From Anaerolineales bacterium (GTDB lineage: Bacteria > Chloroflexota > Anaerolineae > UBA1429), in the NCBI GenBank assembly GCA_046538105.1, contig JBKHJO010000001.1, positions 29,707 through 93,706 on the forward strand: a stretch of DNA of 64,000 nucleotides, written 5' to 3'. The notes beneath the pieces are model-generated. The model saw only the letters and a list, made by a program, of their open reading frames with translations, was not told the DNA's origin and ran no database searches. Position numbers and translations under genes: made by a program. This document shows positions 38,148-47,758 of this stretch, piece by piece. Within the stretch, counting starts at the first letter, position 1; each line of letters begins with the position of its first letter.

Positions 38148-39110
38148 ATGAAGGTCTTGATAGGGCCCAATCCGATGGGTTTGGAAGAAGCCATCCCATA
38201 TTTCCGCGGGGAGTATCCGGAGATCGAGTTTGTGCATTGTGAGGAGCGGGAGAATCTGAAAGATGCGATCGAGGATGCCGACGTGTTTGTAGGGTGGTTC
38301 GATCGCGAGGTGTTCCTGAGCGCCAAGAAACTCAAGTGGGTACAGTCTCCGAGTTCGGGGATCAACTACTATCTGGCCATTCCCGAGTTCGTGGAGAGCG
38401 ACGTGTTCCTGACCAGCGCTCGGGGCACGCACGGTGCCTGTCTGGCCGAGAGCGTATTTGGCATGATCTTTGCTTTTACGCGTCAGATCAAGGATTTTGT
38501 GCTGGATCAGCAGGAGCATCAGTGGCGGGGATATGGTTCTCGGGGCGAGATGCGCGAACTGACAGAGAGCACCATGGGTATCGTCGGCTTTGGTACCGTG
38601 GGGCGCGCTGTGGCCAAGCGGGCACAGGCCTTCGATATGTCCATCGTGGCCGTGGATATGTTCCCCGAGAACAAGCCCGATTACGTACAGGCCCTGTGGG
38701 GTACGGACCGTCTTGAGGAGCTCCTGAGGACTTCGGATTATGTGGTGGTCACGGTGCCCTATACGGAAGAGACGGAGGGTATGATCGGGGCCGACGAGAT
38801 CGGCATGTTGAAGGAGGATGCCATGCTGGTGGGCATCTCTCGGGGCAAGATCATCGATGAGGAGGCCCTGGCGCGTGCTCTGCAGGAGGGCGAGTTGTAT
38901 GCTGCCGCCCTTGACGTCTTTGCCGAGGAACCTTTGCCCGAGGATAGCCCCCTGTGGGACATGGATAACCTGCTGATCACGCCCCACGCGGCGGGGGGCA
39001 CCCAATATGAGGGGGAGCGCGTCCTCGAAATTCTCAAGGAGAACATGCAGCGTTTTACTGAGGGAGATCTTCCTCTGAGGAATCAGATCGATAAGGAGCA
39101 GGGCTTCTAG
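38148..39110 (+). CDS. D-isomer-specific 2-hydroxyacid dehydrogenase (PGDH-like)
   Basis: GIVGFGTVGRAVAKRA NAD-binding motif; catalytic R/E/H pattern. Start behind GGGAGG. Confidence 0.8.
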   Translation: MKVLIGPNPMGLEEAIPYFRGEYPEIEFVHCEERENLKDAIEDADVFVGWFDREVFLSAKKLKWVQSPSSGINYYLAIPEFVESDVFLTSARGTHGACLAESVFGMIFAFTRQIKDFVLDQQEHQWRGYGSRGEMRELTESTMGIVGFGTVGRAVAKRAQAFDMSIVAVDMFPENKPDYVQALWGTDRLEELLRTSDYVVVTVPYTEETEGMIGADEIGMLKEDAMLVGISRGKIIDEEALARALQEGELYAAALDVFAEEPLPEDSPLWDMDNLLITPHAAGGTQYEGERVLEILKENMQRFTEGDLPLRNQIDKEQGF

Positions 39111-39144
39111 CGTCCTTATATCCCTGGTCGGGATCGGTTCCATG

Positions 39145-39185
39145 AAGCGATCTCCCCCGTCGAAATACGATGGGGGAGATCGCTT
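39145..39185 (+). terminator. Intrinsic terminator (14-bp stem) between convergent genes
   Basis: AAGCGAUCUCCCCC / GGGGGAGAUCGCUU, followed by UAUAUUCGUUAUUAUCUC. Confidence 0.7.
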
Positions 39186-39203
39186 GGTATATTCGTTATT
39201 ATC

Positions 39204-40283
39204 TCATGGAACCAAGACCTTTAGGCAGACGGGCATGGAGACTATGGCCTGGTGTCCCGTCGGCGTGAGTTTGCCTGTATCCTGGTCGATGCGGAAAGTG
39301 ACGATGTTATCCGTATCCTGGTTGGCGGCCAGCAAGAAATTGCCGCTCGGATCTATACAAAAGTTACGTGGTGTCTCGCCCTGGGTCGACTCGTGGTCCA
39401 CATACGCGAGTTTGCCTGTCTCCTCATCGATGGAGAAGATCACGATGCTGTCGTGGCCACGGTTTGAGCCGTACAGGAATTTGCCAGAGGGCAGGATGTG
39501 TATATCCGCGCAATAGCTGGTTTCATCAAAGTCTTTGGGAAGGGCGGAGACCGTCTGTATTTCATCCAATACGCCCCTGTCCTCATCATAGGAGAATGCA
39601 ACTATCGTATTGGCCAGTTCGGTGATGACGTAGACGTACTCGCCATTAGGATGGAAGGCAAAGTGTCGTGGCCCCGCTCCCGGTGCCAGTTCGGCCCATG
39701 GCTGGTCGTTGGGCTCCAGCTTGCCCGTGGCGAGATCGAGCTTGTAGATCATGAGTTTGTCCAATCCCAGGTCAGCGGCAAAGGCGTAGCGGTTTGTGGG
39801 GTCCGGTTGGATGGAATGGGCGTGGGGTCCCGCCTGGCGTTGGGGGTTGACGCTGGAGCCAAAATGTTGGACAAAATCGCTGGCGGGGGCCAACCTTCCG
39901 TCTTTCTCGATGGGCAGGATGGTCACGCTGCCTCCCGCGTAATTGGCCACAAGGGCGAACCTGCCCGTCTGGTCTACACTGATGTAGCAGGGTCCCGGTC
40001 CTTCCGAAGATTGCTGATTTATCAGGGTCAGTGTGCCTGTCTCGGGATCCAGCGCGAAGGCAGTTACCCCGCCGGCCTCTCCCTCGCCAAAATCGGCGAC
40101 CTCGTTAATGGCGTAGAGGTAGTTGTCCTGGGGATGCGGCGTCAGGTAGGTGGGGTTATCTATGCCGGTGAACTCGGTGACCGGCTCAAGGGCGCCAGTA
40201 TCACCATCCAGGCTGTAAACATAGATCCCCTCACTCTCGCCGACGGTGCGCGTACCTACGTAGACCAACATGTCTTTTGCCAT
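39204..40283 (-). CDS. Beta-propeller lactonase (6-phosphogluconolactonase-type, PF10282-like)
   Basis: MAKDMLVYVGTRT..., repeated lactonase blade motifs. Start behind GGGAGG. Confidence 0.7.
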   Translation of the reverse strand: MAKDMLVYVGTRTVGESEGIYVYSLDGDTGALEPVTEFTGIDNPTYLTPHPQDNYLYAINEVADFGEGEAGGVTAFALDPETGTLTLINQQSSEGPGPCYISVDQTGRFALVANYAGGSVTILPIEKDGRLAPASDFVQHFGSSVNPQRQAGPHAHSIQPDPTNRYAFAADLGLDKLMIYKLDLATGKLEPNDQPWAELAPGAGPRHFAFHPNGEYVYVITELANTIVAFSYDEDRGVLDEIQTVSALPKDFDETSYCADIHILPSGKFLYGSNRGHDSIVIFSIDEETGKLAYVDHESTQGETPRNFCIDPSGNFLLAANQDTDNIVTFRIDQDTGKLTPTGHQAIVSMPVCLKVLVP

Positions 40284-40391
40284 AATTATGCCTCCCTTTT
40301 ATTTTTCCTACAGTCTTTCTATCGAAACTATTATGCCCCAACTATGTGGTGACTGCAAGCGCTTGTGCTAGTCTTTGGCGCTCTACTGACT

Positions 40392-40419
40392 GGTCAAGGA
40401 GCGGGGCTTGTGCTATAAT
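40392..40419 (+). promoter_or_regulatory. Candidate sigma70 promoter upstream of alaX-like gene
   Basis: GGTCAA, 16 nt, TATAAT, about 38 nt upstream of the ATG. Confidence 0.35.
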
Positions 40420-40457
40420 CTGTCAGGTACAACGTGATCTGAAGGAGTTCTTATCTC

Positions 40458-41657
40458 ATGGAGACGGAACGCTTGTATTGGGCGGACCCTTATAGACGCG
40501 GATTCGATGCCGCGGTGGTGAGGAGGCTCTCAGTTGAGGGAAAGCCCGCTGTTGTACTGGACAGGACCTGTTTCTATCCCACGTCCGGGGGACAGCCCCA
40601 TGACACGGGTATGTTGAACGACGTTCCCGTTGCAGATGTTGTAGAAAAGGGAGAGGAGATCGTTCACCTACTGGCCGCGCCCCTGGAGGCGGAGAGGGTT
40701 CACGGGGAGATAGATTGGGATCGGCGCTACGATCACATGCAGCAGCATACGGGACAGCACATTCTCTCCCAGGCTTTTGAGCGGGAATTGGGAGGCAGTA
40801 CTCTGTCTTTCCATCTGGGGGATGAGGAAAGTACCATCGATGTGACCGCTTTGGCATTGAGGATGGAAGAAATCGAATGCGTTGAGGAGGCGGCCAACAC
40901 GCTGGTCCTGACGAACTGTGCCATTCAGGTTCGCGAATATGGGCGGGAGGAGGCCCGCTCCCTGGCCCGGCGCGGCATTCCCGAGGGTCTGGAGCGGGTG
41001 CGTATCGTGCATATAGGGGACTATGATTGCTCTGCCTGCGGCGGCACCCATCTGCGTTCCACAGGGGAACTGGGATTGGTGCATATCACAGGATGGCAGT
41101 CGCACGGCGACCATACGCGGGTGACTTTTGTCTGTGGCCGGCGCGCCCTCTCTGATTATTTCTTCAAGGACAGGATCTGTCAGGAGGTGGCCAACCATCT
41201 CAGCGTGGCAGTGGAAGAGATGCCGGAGGCCGTGGTGCGCCTGGAGAAGGCTGAGGGGGAGGCCCGACGCGAGGCGCGGGATCTGCGTACGCGAGTGCTG
41301 GACCTGGAATTATCCGGGCTGCTCGACGAGGCGGAGGCCGTCGGTGATGTGAAGGTTCTTTATCGGTTGCTGGAAGGTCACGACGGAGATAATATGCGGT
41401 ACGTTGCCAGGGGCCTTGTGGAGGAGCGGCAGGGTGTGATCGCCCTGCTGGCCGTCACGGATCCGGCTCCCCAGATATGCTTCGCCCGTTCGGGCGATGT
41501 CGGCGTCGATATGCCCGGTCTCTTGCGAGACGCTGCGGCACCCTATGGCGGGAGAGGAGGGGGAGAGCCTCACCTGGCCCAGGGAGGAGGTATGGCTGCG
41601 GAGGATATCCCTCACGTTCTGTCCCGTGCCAGGGAAGAGGTTGTCTCAAGAATATAG
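40458..41657 (+). CDS. Alanyl-tRNA-synthetase-related editing protein (AlaX-like)
   Basis: HTGQHILSQAF and downstream CxxC...GGTH zinc motif of the AlaRS editing domain. Confidence 0.75.
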   Translation: METERLYWADPYRRGFDAAVVRRLSVEGKPAVVLDRTCFYPTSGGQPHDTGMLNDVPVADVVEKGEEIVHLLAAPLEAERVHGEIDWDRRYDHMQQHTGQHILSQAFERELGGSTLSFHLGDEESTIDVTALALRMEEIECVEEAANTLVLTNCAIQVREYGREEARSLARRGIPEGLERVRIVHIGDYDCSACGGTHLRSTGELGLVHITGWQSHGDHTRVTFVCGRRALSDYFFKDRICQEVANHLSVAVEEMPEAVVRLEKAEGEARREARDLRTRVLDLELSGLLDEAEAVGDVKVLYRLLEGHDGDNMRYVARGLVEERQGVIALLAVTDPAPQICFARSGDVGVDMPGLLRDAAAPYGGRGGGEPHLAQGGGMAAEDIPHVLSRAREEVVSRI

Positions 41658-41675
41658 GTGAATCAGGAGGTAGGT

Positions 41676-42518
41676 GTGCTCAACGAGCTTGCAGATGGTG
41701 TCTATGTGGAGGACGATTTCGAGGGTGGTAATGTAGGGCTCGTCATCGGCGATGAAAAAGTTCTGCTTGTGGATACGCCCATGTTGCCCCCCGATGCGCG
41801 GCAGTGGCAACTGAGCCTGATACAGATGAATATCGCCAAGATATACGGTATTGTGAATACCGATTATCATCCGGAACATTTTGCGGGGAACACCTTCTTT
41901 TTGCCCACCATCACGTTTGGGAACAACCTTGCTGAAAAGACCCTCTCAAGGTATGATAGCCTCCTCGAGGAGGTGAGCGAGCGCTACCGCGACGAGGATC
42001 CAGCATTGGCCGAGGAGATACTGCGCATCGAGATACATCCTCCTCAGATCTCTGTCGACGAGCGTGTGACCGTCTACCTTGGGGATCGCCAGGCCAAGGT
42101 TCTTCACCTGCCCGGCCACACGCCCGCCTCACTGGGCCTTTATCTTCCCGCCTCTCGCATCCTCTTTGCGGGGGACAACATTGTCAATAATGAGCATCCC
42201 GCCATGTTCGATGCCGATTCTTTGGCCTGGCTGGACACGCTGGAGCGTATAAAAGAGATGGACGTGGAGACCATTGTGCCGGGGAATGGCGAGGTCTGCG
42301 GCAAGGAGGTCATCGACCCCTTATACGCGTATATCGTGGAGATGCGCAGGCGCACAAAGGCGTTGTATGAGGAAGGAGCCAGCCGCCGCGAATGCGTGGA
42401 TAAAGTGGGGATGCTCGACTGGTTTCCCGTCCCGGAGGATGAAGCATCGCGTATAAGGGAACGTCGCCGCCATAGCGTAGAGCAGGTCTATACCGAGATT
42501 CGCCTGGCGAGCGGATGA
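41676..42518 (+). CDS. MBL-fold metallo-hydrolase
   Basis: HLPGHTPASLGLYL and DTP motifs. GTG start behind AGGAGG. An alternative GTG at 41658 abuts the alaX stop. Confidence 0.7.
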   Translation: MLNELADGVYVEDDFEGGNVGLVIGDEKVLLVDTPMLPPDARQWQLSLIQMNIAKIYGIVNTDYHPEHFAGNTFFLPTITFGNNLAEKTLSRYDSLLEEVSERYRDEDPALAEEILRIEIHPPQISVDERVTVYLGDRQAKVLHLPGHTPASLGLYLPASRILFAGDNIVNNEHPAMFDADSLAWLDTLERIKEMDVETIVPGNGEVCGKEVIDPLYAYIVEMRRRTKALYEEGASRRECVDKVGMLDWFPVPEDEASRIRERRRHSVEQVYTEIRLASG

Positions 42519-42567
42519 GGTTCTTGGGGAGGATTACAGGGTTCCCCATTTTGTAGCAAACAAAAGG

Positions 42568-42601
42568 CAACGTGCGTTGAGGAGATCCTTAACGCACGTT
42601 G
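42568..42601. terminator. Stem-loop terminator between convergent MBL and CpXC genes
   Basis: 11-bp stem CAACGUGCGUU/AACGCACGUUG. The minus-strand side is followed by CCUUUUGUUUGCU. Confidence 0.55.
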
Positions 42602-42609
42602 CTGTGTAT

Positions 42610-43926
42610 CTATGAGCGGAGGATCGTCTTTTTGGCCACGACCTGCTCTCGTATCTCCTGCAGGTGCTCGACGGCTTCCTGGGCTCCCTGCTGTTCAAAC
42701 CTACTGATATAGTTGTCGTAGGAGTCGAGAAACTCGTCGCTCAAGAGACCACGATGTTCCTCCAGGATCTGATCCGTTTCATCGGGATATTCGGCACGCA
42801 GGAGTCTGTTGATGAGTCTGGCTTCGGGGGGAAGCCGTTCTTCCAGGGCTTTTTGAGCGGCGTCTATGATAGCATCCAGTTTCTCCACGCGTTCCGTGTC
42901 GCCTTCTTTTTCTGCAGTCTCCCGGTAGCGGCTCAGGAGCACAAAAAAGACCGTATCCAGTTCATCCCTATGCTCGCGCACGGACGCTTCCAGATCGTCG
43001 GCCTCAGAGAGCCTCATGAGCAGCAGGGCTGCCCTATCCTGTGCCTCCTGGACCATGCGGTCCTGTTCCTCGATCTCTTCCAGGATGCGTTCTCGCAGGG
43101 ATGTCAGTTCCTGCACCGCCTCGTCATCATCGGTGTTCTTTGCGGCATCGATCTTTGTGGTGAGATTCTGGAAGAAGCCATAGTCCAGTCGTGAACGGTT
43201 GATGGCGACGGCCTGCCGAAAGGCCTCGTCGTCCTCTGTTTTCCGAAGCATCTGGATGAGGTCGTCGTAGGATGCGCTGTCGGAAGCGGCCGAAGGGATA
43301 CTGATGTCCACGCGCTCAAGGAGAGCCTCGCGAAGTTTCTGGACGTGTTGGGCTTCCTCCCCCTCGTATCCCTCGGCGAGATTACTTAACGTCAAAAAGA
43401 ACTCGTAGTCAAGTTGCTCCCTGTTTTCCTCCACCAGTCTATCGAGTTCTTGTTCATCTTCTCTGACGGCCATCAACCGATCGATGAGCCGTACCCGCTC
43501 GCGGTGTGCTTTTAGAACTTCTCTGCTTATCCCATCTGCCTCCAGAATCATGTCGTAGAAGCTTTCGAGGCTCAATGCCGTCTGGGGCTGAAAGAAATAG
43601 CCCTTGCGTTCCTCTTCGGGCAGATTGTTCATGACGGAGTTTATCAGATGACCGACAAGTTCCTCTCGCTCGTCAGTCGACATATCGAGTTGTGGCGGGA
43701 TAAAGGATATGAGTAACTCTTTTTCGGGGTCGTGATAGAGCAGGGGCGTGCTTATGACGCCGCCCGCTCCACAGTCCGGGCATTCGGCATAGTTGAGTTC
43801 CCCTCTGAGAAGTTTTTCCTTGAGTTCGGGCTCCTCGCCCACGTCTATGATCGTCTGTATGGAGACCACAAAATTGCGGTTACACTGAGGACAAGTAACC
43901 TGGGTTGGCATAGCAGGATAGGGCAT
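42610..43926 (-). CDS. CpXC-domain (double CxxC zinc-ribbon) protein fused to four tandem acidic helical repeats
   Basis: CPQCN...CPDCG N-terminal domain, then four ~70-aa repeats each containing R..LDY.FF. RBS AAGGAG. Confidence 0.6.
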   Translation of the reverse strand: MPYPAMPTQVTCPQCNRNFVVSIQTIIDVGEEPELKEKLLRGELNYAECPDCGAGGVISTPLLYHDPEKELLISFIPPQLDMSTDEREELVGHLINSVMNNLPEEERKGYFFQPQTALSLESFYDMILEADGISREVLKAHRERVRLIDRLMAVREDEQELDRLVEENREQLDYEFFLTLSNLAEGYEGEEAQHVQKLREALLERVDISIPSAASDSASYDDLIQMLRKTEDDEAFRQAVAINRSRLDYGFFQNLTTKIDAAKNTDDDEAVQELTSLRERILEEIEEQDRMVQEAQDRAALLLMRLSEADDLEASVREHRDELDTVFFVLLSRYRETAEKEGDTERVEKLDAIIDAAQKALEERLPPEARLINRLLRAEYPDETDQILEEHRGLLSDEFLDSYDNYISRFEQQGAQEAVEHLQEIREQVVAKKTILRS

Positions 43927-43963
43927 GTGTCTACTCCTTGTACACTATGAATAATGCTATCTA

Positions 43964-44647
43964 TCACGTCCGTCCTGTCCCAATCCGAGATAACAACGCA
44001 TGCGGGTTCGTATACAGGGCGGAAAGAATTTCTTGTTCCCGGAGGCCAGCGCCCCTGGCCACCTGCGTGGCGAATTCGACGGTCACCAGATCGTCGGGGG
44101 CGTGGGCGTCGGTGTTGACGAGCATCTTGGCGCCTGCCCGTTGGCATATACGTGCCACGTGGCCGTTGGTCAGGGAATGGCCCCTGCGCGTCGTTATCTC
44201 TATGAAGCAGTCGCGCTCCACCGCTGCTCGTGCCTCCTCTAGTGTCAGGAAGCCAGGATGAGCGAGAATATCCACCGCTGATGATGTCACGGCGGCCTCG
44301 TTCGTGCCCGGAGCCACGGGCTCCACGATGGTCTCGCCATGCACCACGACGATCTCGGCGCCACAGTCCTTGGCCCGTCGAGCCAGTCGGTCGATGCTCT
44401 CGGGTGCCACGTGGGTCAATTCCACACCGACCACCAACTTGGTGGCAAAGTCCTCGCTTTGTTGGCGCTGCAGCCTCAAAAGTCCGTCAAGCACGAAATC
44501 CATGTTGCTGGCATCGACATGGTCCGTTATGGCCAACGCCTCGTAGCCCAGGGCCGAAACTCTGCGCAGCAGTTCGGAGGGCAACAAGACACCGTCGCTG
44601 AAAAAGGAATGCGTATGAAAATCTATCCTCTTGATTTTATTCATCAC
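43964..44647 (-). CDS. PHP-domain phosphoesterase (histidinol-phosphatase family)
   Basis: RIDFHTHSFFSDG and ITDHVD motifs. Confidence 0.75.
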   Translation of the reverse strand: MMNKIKRIDFHTHSFFSDGVLLPSELLRRVSALGYEALAITDHVDASNMDFVLDGLLRLQRQQSEDFATKLVVGVELTHVAPESIDRLARRAKDCGAEIVVVHGETIVEPVAPGTNEAAVTSSAVDILAHPGFLTLEEARAAVERDCFIEITTRRGHSLTNGHVARICQRAGAKMLVNTDAHAPDDLVTVEFATQVARGAGLREQEILSALYTNPHALLSRIGTGRT

Positions 44648-44823
44648 AGCAAGTAGTATATCGAAGCTCGATCTGTTGTCAATGACAGCAACCCGTTCGC
44701 ACAGGATTATGAGGAGGACGACGGGATGGATGCGGATCGCCTCCTGCTGTCTTGATTTGTGTTATCATCGACTTTTGGTTATCGTGTACTCTAGAATGGG
44801 TTATACTGGAGGGAGGGAAAGGG

Positions 44824-45594
44824 ATGTTGGAGAACGTTGTTGGGGCCCAACTCTATACAGTGCGGGATTTCACCAAGGATATCGAAGGAGTGAGGAAGAC
44901 CCTGGAAAAGGTGGCCGATATCGGTTACAGCGCCATACAGATATCGGGATTCGGACCCGTGGATGCCAAAGAGGTGGCCAAGATTGTGGAGGACAATGGG
45001 CTCACGGTGGCCTCCACCCATACGAACTGGGATCGATTTCTGAACGATCTGGATGGGGTGATCGAGGAGCATCGCCTGTGGGAGTGCGATCACCCGGCCA
45101 TTGGTGGGCTTTCCGCCTCGTATCGCAGTCTGGAGGGCCTGAATCGCTTTGTGGATGAACTGGCCCCCATTGCGGAGAGATTGGCCGAGGCTGGCATGGA
45201 CTTTTCCTATCACAATCACAACCACGAGTTTACCAGGTACGGCGACAAGACGTGGTTGGAGATGCTGTGTGAGCGGACGGATCCCGATATGCTCAAGATG
45301 GAACTGGACGTCTACTGGGTCCAGGCTGGCGGCGCAGACCCCGCGCTGTGGGTGAGGAAATGCGGTGGACGGGAGCCCCTTTTGCATCTTAAGGATATGA
45401 TCGTCACGCCGGAGCGTGAGCAGCGCTTTGCGGAGATTGGTGAAGGAAACCTGAACTGGCCGGCGATTCTGGAGGCGGCGGAAGAAGGGGGTGTGGAATG
45501 GTACCTGGTAGAACAGGATCAGACCTATGATCGGGATCCCTTTGAGTCCCTGGCCATCAGTTACAGGAATCTGCAAGCCATGGGACTGAGCTAG
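44824..45594 (+). CDS. Sugar-phosphate isomerase/epimerase (xylose-isomerase-like TIM barrel)
   Basis: Start MLENV behind GGAGG. Typical AP-endonuclease-2/TIM-barrel motifs (HNH..E, E.GEG). Confidence 0.7.
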   Translation: MLENVVGAQLYTVRDFTKDIEGVRKTLEKVADIGYSAIQISGFGPVDAKEVAKIVEDNGLTVASTHTNWDRFLNDLDGVIEEHRLWECDHPAIGGLSASYRSLEGLNRFVDELAPIAERLAEAGMDFSYHNHNHEFTRYGDKTWLEMLCERTDPDMLKMELDVYWVQAGGADPALWVRKCGGREPLLHLKDMIVTPEREQRFAEIGEGNLNWPAILEAAEEGGVEWYLVEQDQTYDRDPFESLAISYRNLQAMGLS

Positions 45595-45657
45595 ACAAAG
45601 ACGATAAGAGTTTTGCAGCCTTTTTCCGGCCCCAGGCTGTTCTGGGGGTAGGTGACA

Positions 45658-45694
45658 GAGCCATGGGAGCAGGCCAAGTCTGTTCCCATGGCTC
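45658..45694. terminator. Stem-loop between convergent genes; putative terminator
   Basis: 11-bp stem GAGCCAUGGGA/UCCCAUGGCUC. The U-tract is weak. Confidence 0.4.
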
Positions 45695-45701
45695 CGTGGG
45701 T

Positions 45702-46454
45702 TCAGGGCTTGAGGTTCACCGTCACCGAAGCCAGATGCTCAATGGCGCCGTCGCGGGGACTGATATTGTAGACGGCGACGCGACCAAGTTGCTCCGAATC
45801 GGGGGGTGTGAAGGTGACAGTTCCTGTAAAAGGGCCATCCTGTCCGAACTCGGCGTCCACCATCACGTTGCCCTGGCCGATTGCGTTGCCTTCCTGATCA
45901 AGTATGTCCACAGCCAGGTTGTTCTCAAAGCCGCTGCCCCAGCCGGTCACTGTTACGGGCGAGGTGATCTCGTGGTTCATAGTGGGGGCGGTGATGATGA
46001 TGGTTTCCCGAACGTCTGGTCGGCTGTCGGGAGGCTCTGGAATTCCATCGCCTCCACCGGGAACGATGAGCGTGTCTCCGACAAAGACCAGATTGATATT
46101 CCGTATCCCGTTGCGTCGAGCGATATCCCACACGCCTACATCGTAACTGGCCGCGATGGTAAACAATGTCTCTCCCGGCTGTACGATGTGTTCCACATAG
46201 TCCCCTTGAGATATTCCGGGTATGGTCAGTTCCTGGCCCGCATACATCAAGTCTCGATTCGTCAAGTTATTGGCGTTCACGATATCCTGTAGGGCGACGT
46301 CGTATTTCCAGGATATCTGGGATAGGGTTTCACCATATTTGACAGTATGCGTGATGGGCGTGTCAGCGGCGATGTCCAGAATGAGGTTTCCGACCATCAT
46401 GGTGTAAAGCAGCATGACAGCCACGAGCATGATGGTAAACCTTTTCTTCCACAT
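45702..46454 (-). CDS. Secreted protein with two LysM domains and a C-terminal Ig-like (Gmad2-type) domain
   Basis: Signal peptide; YTVKYGETLSQIS and HIVQPGETLFTIA LysM motifs. RBS AGGAGG. Confidence 0.7.
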   Translation of the reverse strand: MWKKRFTIMLVAVMLLYTMMVGNLILDIAADTPITHTVKYGETLSQISWKYDVALQDIVNANNLTNRDLMYAGQELTIPGISQGDYVEHIVQPGETLFTIAASYDVGVWDIARRNGIRNINLVFVGDTLIVPGGGDGIPEPPDSRPDVRETIIITAPTMNHEITSPVTVTGWGSGFENNLAVDILDQEGNAIGQGNVMVDAEFGQDGPFTGTVTFTPPDSEQLGRVAVYNISPRDGAIEHLASVTVNLKP

Positions 46455-46607
46455 GAGAACCTCCTACAGACTGTGGGCTGCTTATCTTTCTCGGCCAGTA
46501 TAACACACTCCCACGCGGGCGGCAATGACGTTTACATTTGAAGGAACACGCACGCACACACGCCGTCACGAGCAAACACGTCTGCCTTTCAGATGTCTGG
46601 AGGAGGT

Positions 46608-47696
46608 TTATCTCCTGGGGCGCCTCATGATCTGTTGCAGGATGACGAGCGCGGCGATGATAGTCACCAGCGTTATGGCCTGAGGGGAGGGGCGCGCGAG
46701 CACCAGCCAGGCTAACACGGCCGTCAGCAGGAGGGCGATGATGACGTAGCGTCCCTCTCTGCTGAGCCATATTATCTTACAGCGCGCTACGATGCTGTCC
46801 AGGGGACGCAGTCCCCTGTCGAGGGCCTGGCGATACTGTGAGACGGCCCCTTCCCGCTCGCCCGATTTGGCTAGGGCTATCCCATAAGCATAGCGGATGG
46901 CACCATCAGCATCGGGAGTGAGATCGAGAACCTTTTCCAGCACCTCGACGGCTCGCGCATGCCGATTCCGAATCAGCAGCACTCGTCCAAGCACGCCGCC
47001 AGCGCGATAGAAATAAGGATTCAGGCGAAAAGCCTTTTCCAGGTGCTCAATGGCCTGTTCATAGCGGCGTTTTCGCGCCTCAAGGATTCCCAGGTTCGCA
47101 TAGGCCAGACAGGAGGCATGTGGATTTGCCCCTTCCAGGGCGGTGGTCTCCTCGGCAAGTTCCATGGCCTTTTCGTCGTTGCCCTGGGCAAGGTTCATGT
47201 AAGTTCTGGCATGTAGCGCCATGGCGTGGAGTGATTTACGTCTCTGCTGTTGCGGGATCTGTTCGATCAGTTCCCGGGCTCTTTTTAGTTCATTTTCGGC
47301 ATCCTGGGTGCGTCCCAGATCTGCATATACCTGGGCCAGTGTCAGATGGGGCTCGGGGCATTGGGCATCCAGTTCGATGGCTCGCTCCAGGGCCTCGCGC
47401 GCCTGGTCATTTTGATCGGCGAGGAAAAGGAGCGTCCCCAGTATGGTATGCCCCTCGGAGCGCTGGGGAGCCAGTTCGAGGGCTTGATGGGTTGCGGCCA
47501 ATGCCTTTTCCTGGCGACGCATGCGGGTAAAAGTCTTGGCCAGTCCCAGATGCACGGCAAAGGATTCTGGCTGCAAGCGTCCGGCTTTTTGGTAAAGGTC
47601 CAGGGCCTCTTCCAGACGAAGAGCCTGATAGGCTTTTTCAGCCTCATGCAGCAGTTCCTCAATCTCCTCTGATGTTTTTTCCCGTTGGTCTGTCAT
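46608..47696 (-). CDS. Tetratricopeptide-repeat protein with a C-terminal TM anchor
   Basis: Multiple 34-aa TPR units (A..Y..AL.L.P); C-terminal hydrophobic segment. Confidence 0.7.
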   Translation of the reverse strand: MTDQREKTSEEIEELLHEAEKAYQALRLEEALDLYQKAGRLQPESFAVHLGLAKTFTRMRRQEKALAATHQALELAPQRSEGHTILGTLLFLADQNDQAREALERAIELDAQCPEPHLTLAQVYADLGRTQDAENELKRARELIEQIPQQQRRKSLHAMALHARTYMNLAQGNDEKAMELAEETTALEGANPHASCLAYANLGILEARKRRYEQAIEHLEKAFRLNPYFYRAGGVLGRVLLIRNRHARAVEVLEKVLDLTPDADGAIRYAYGIALAKSGEREGAVSQYRQALDRGLRPLDSIVARCKIIWLSREGRYVIIALLLTAVLAWLVLARPSPQAITLVTIIAALVILQQIMRRPRR

Positions 47697-47758
47697 CTTT
47701 GGTTATTTCTATCCATTCTCAATGGGGGATCGTTGTCGTCCTGTTCTTTGGGAAGGAA

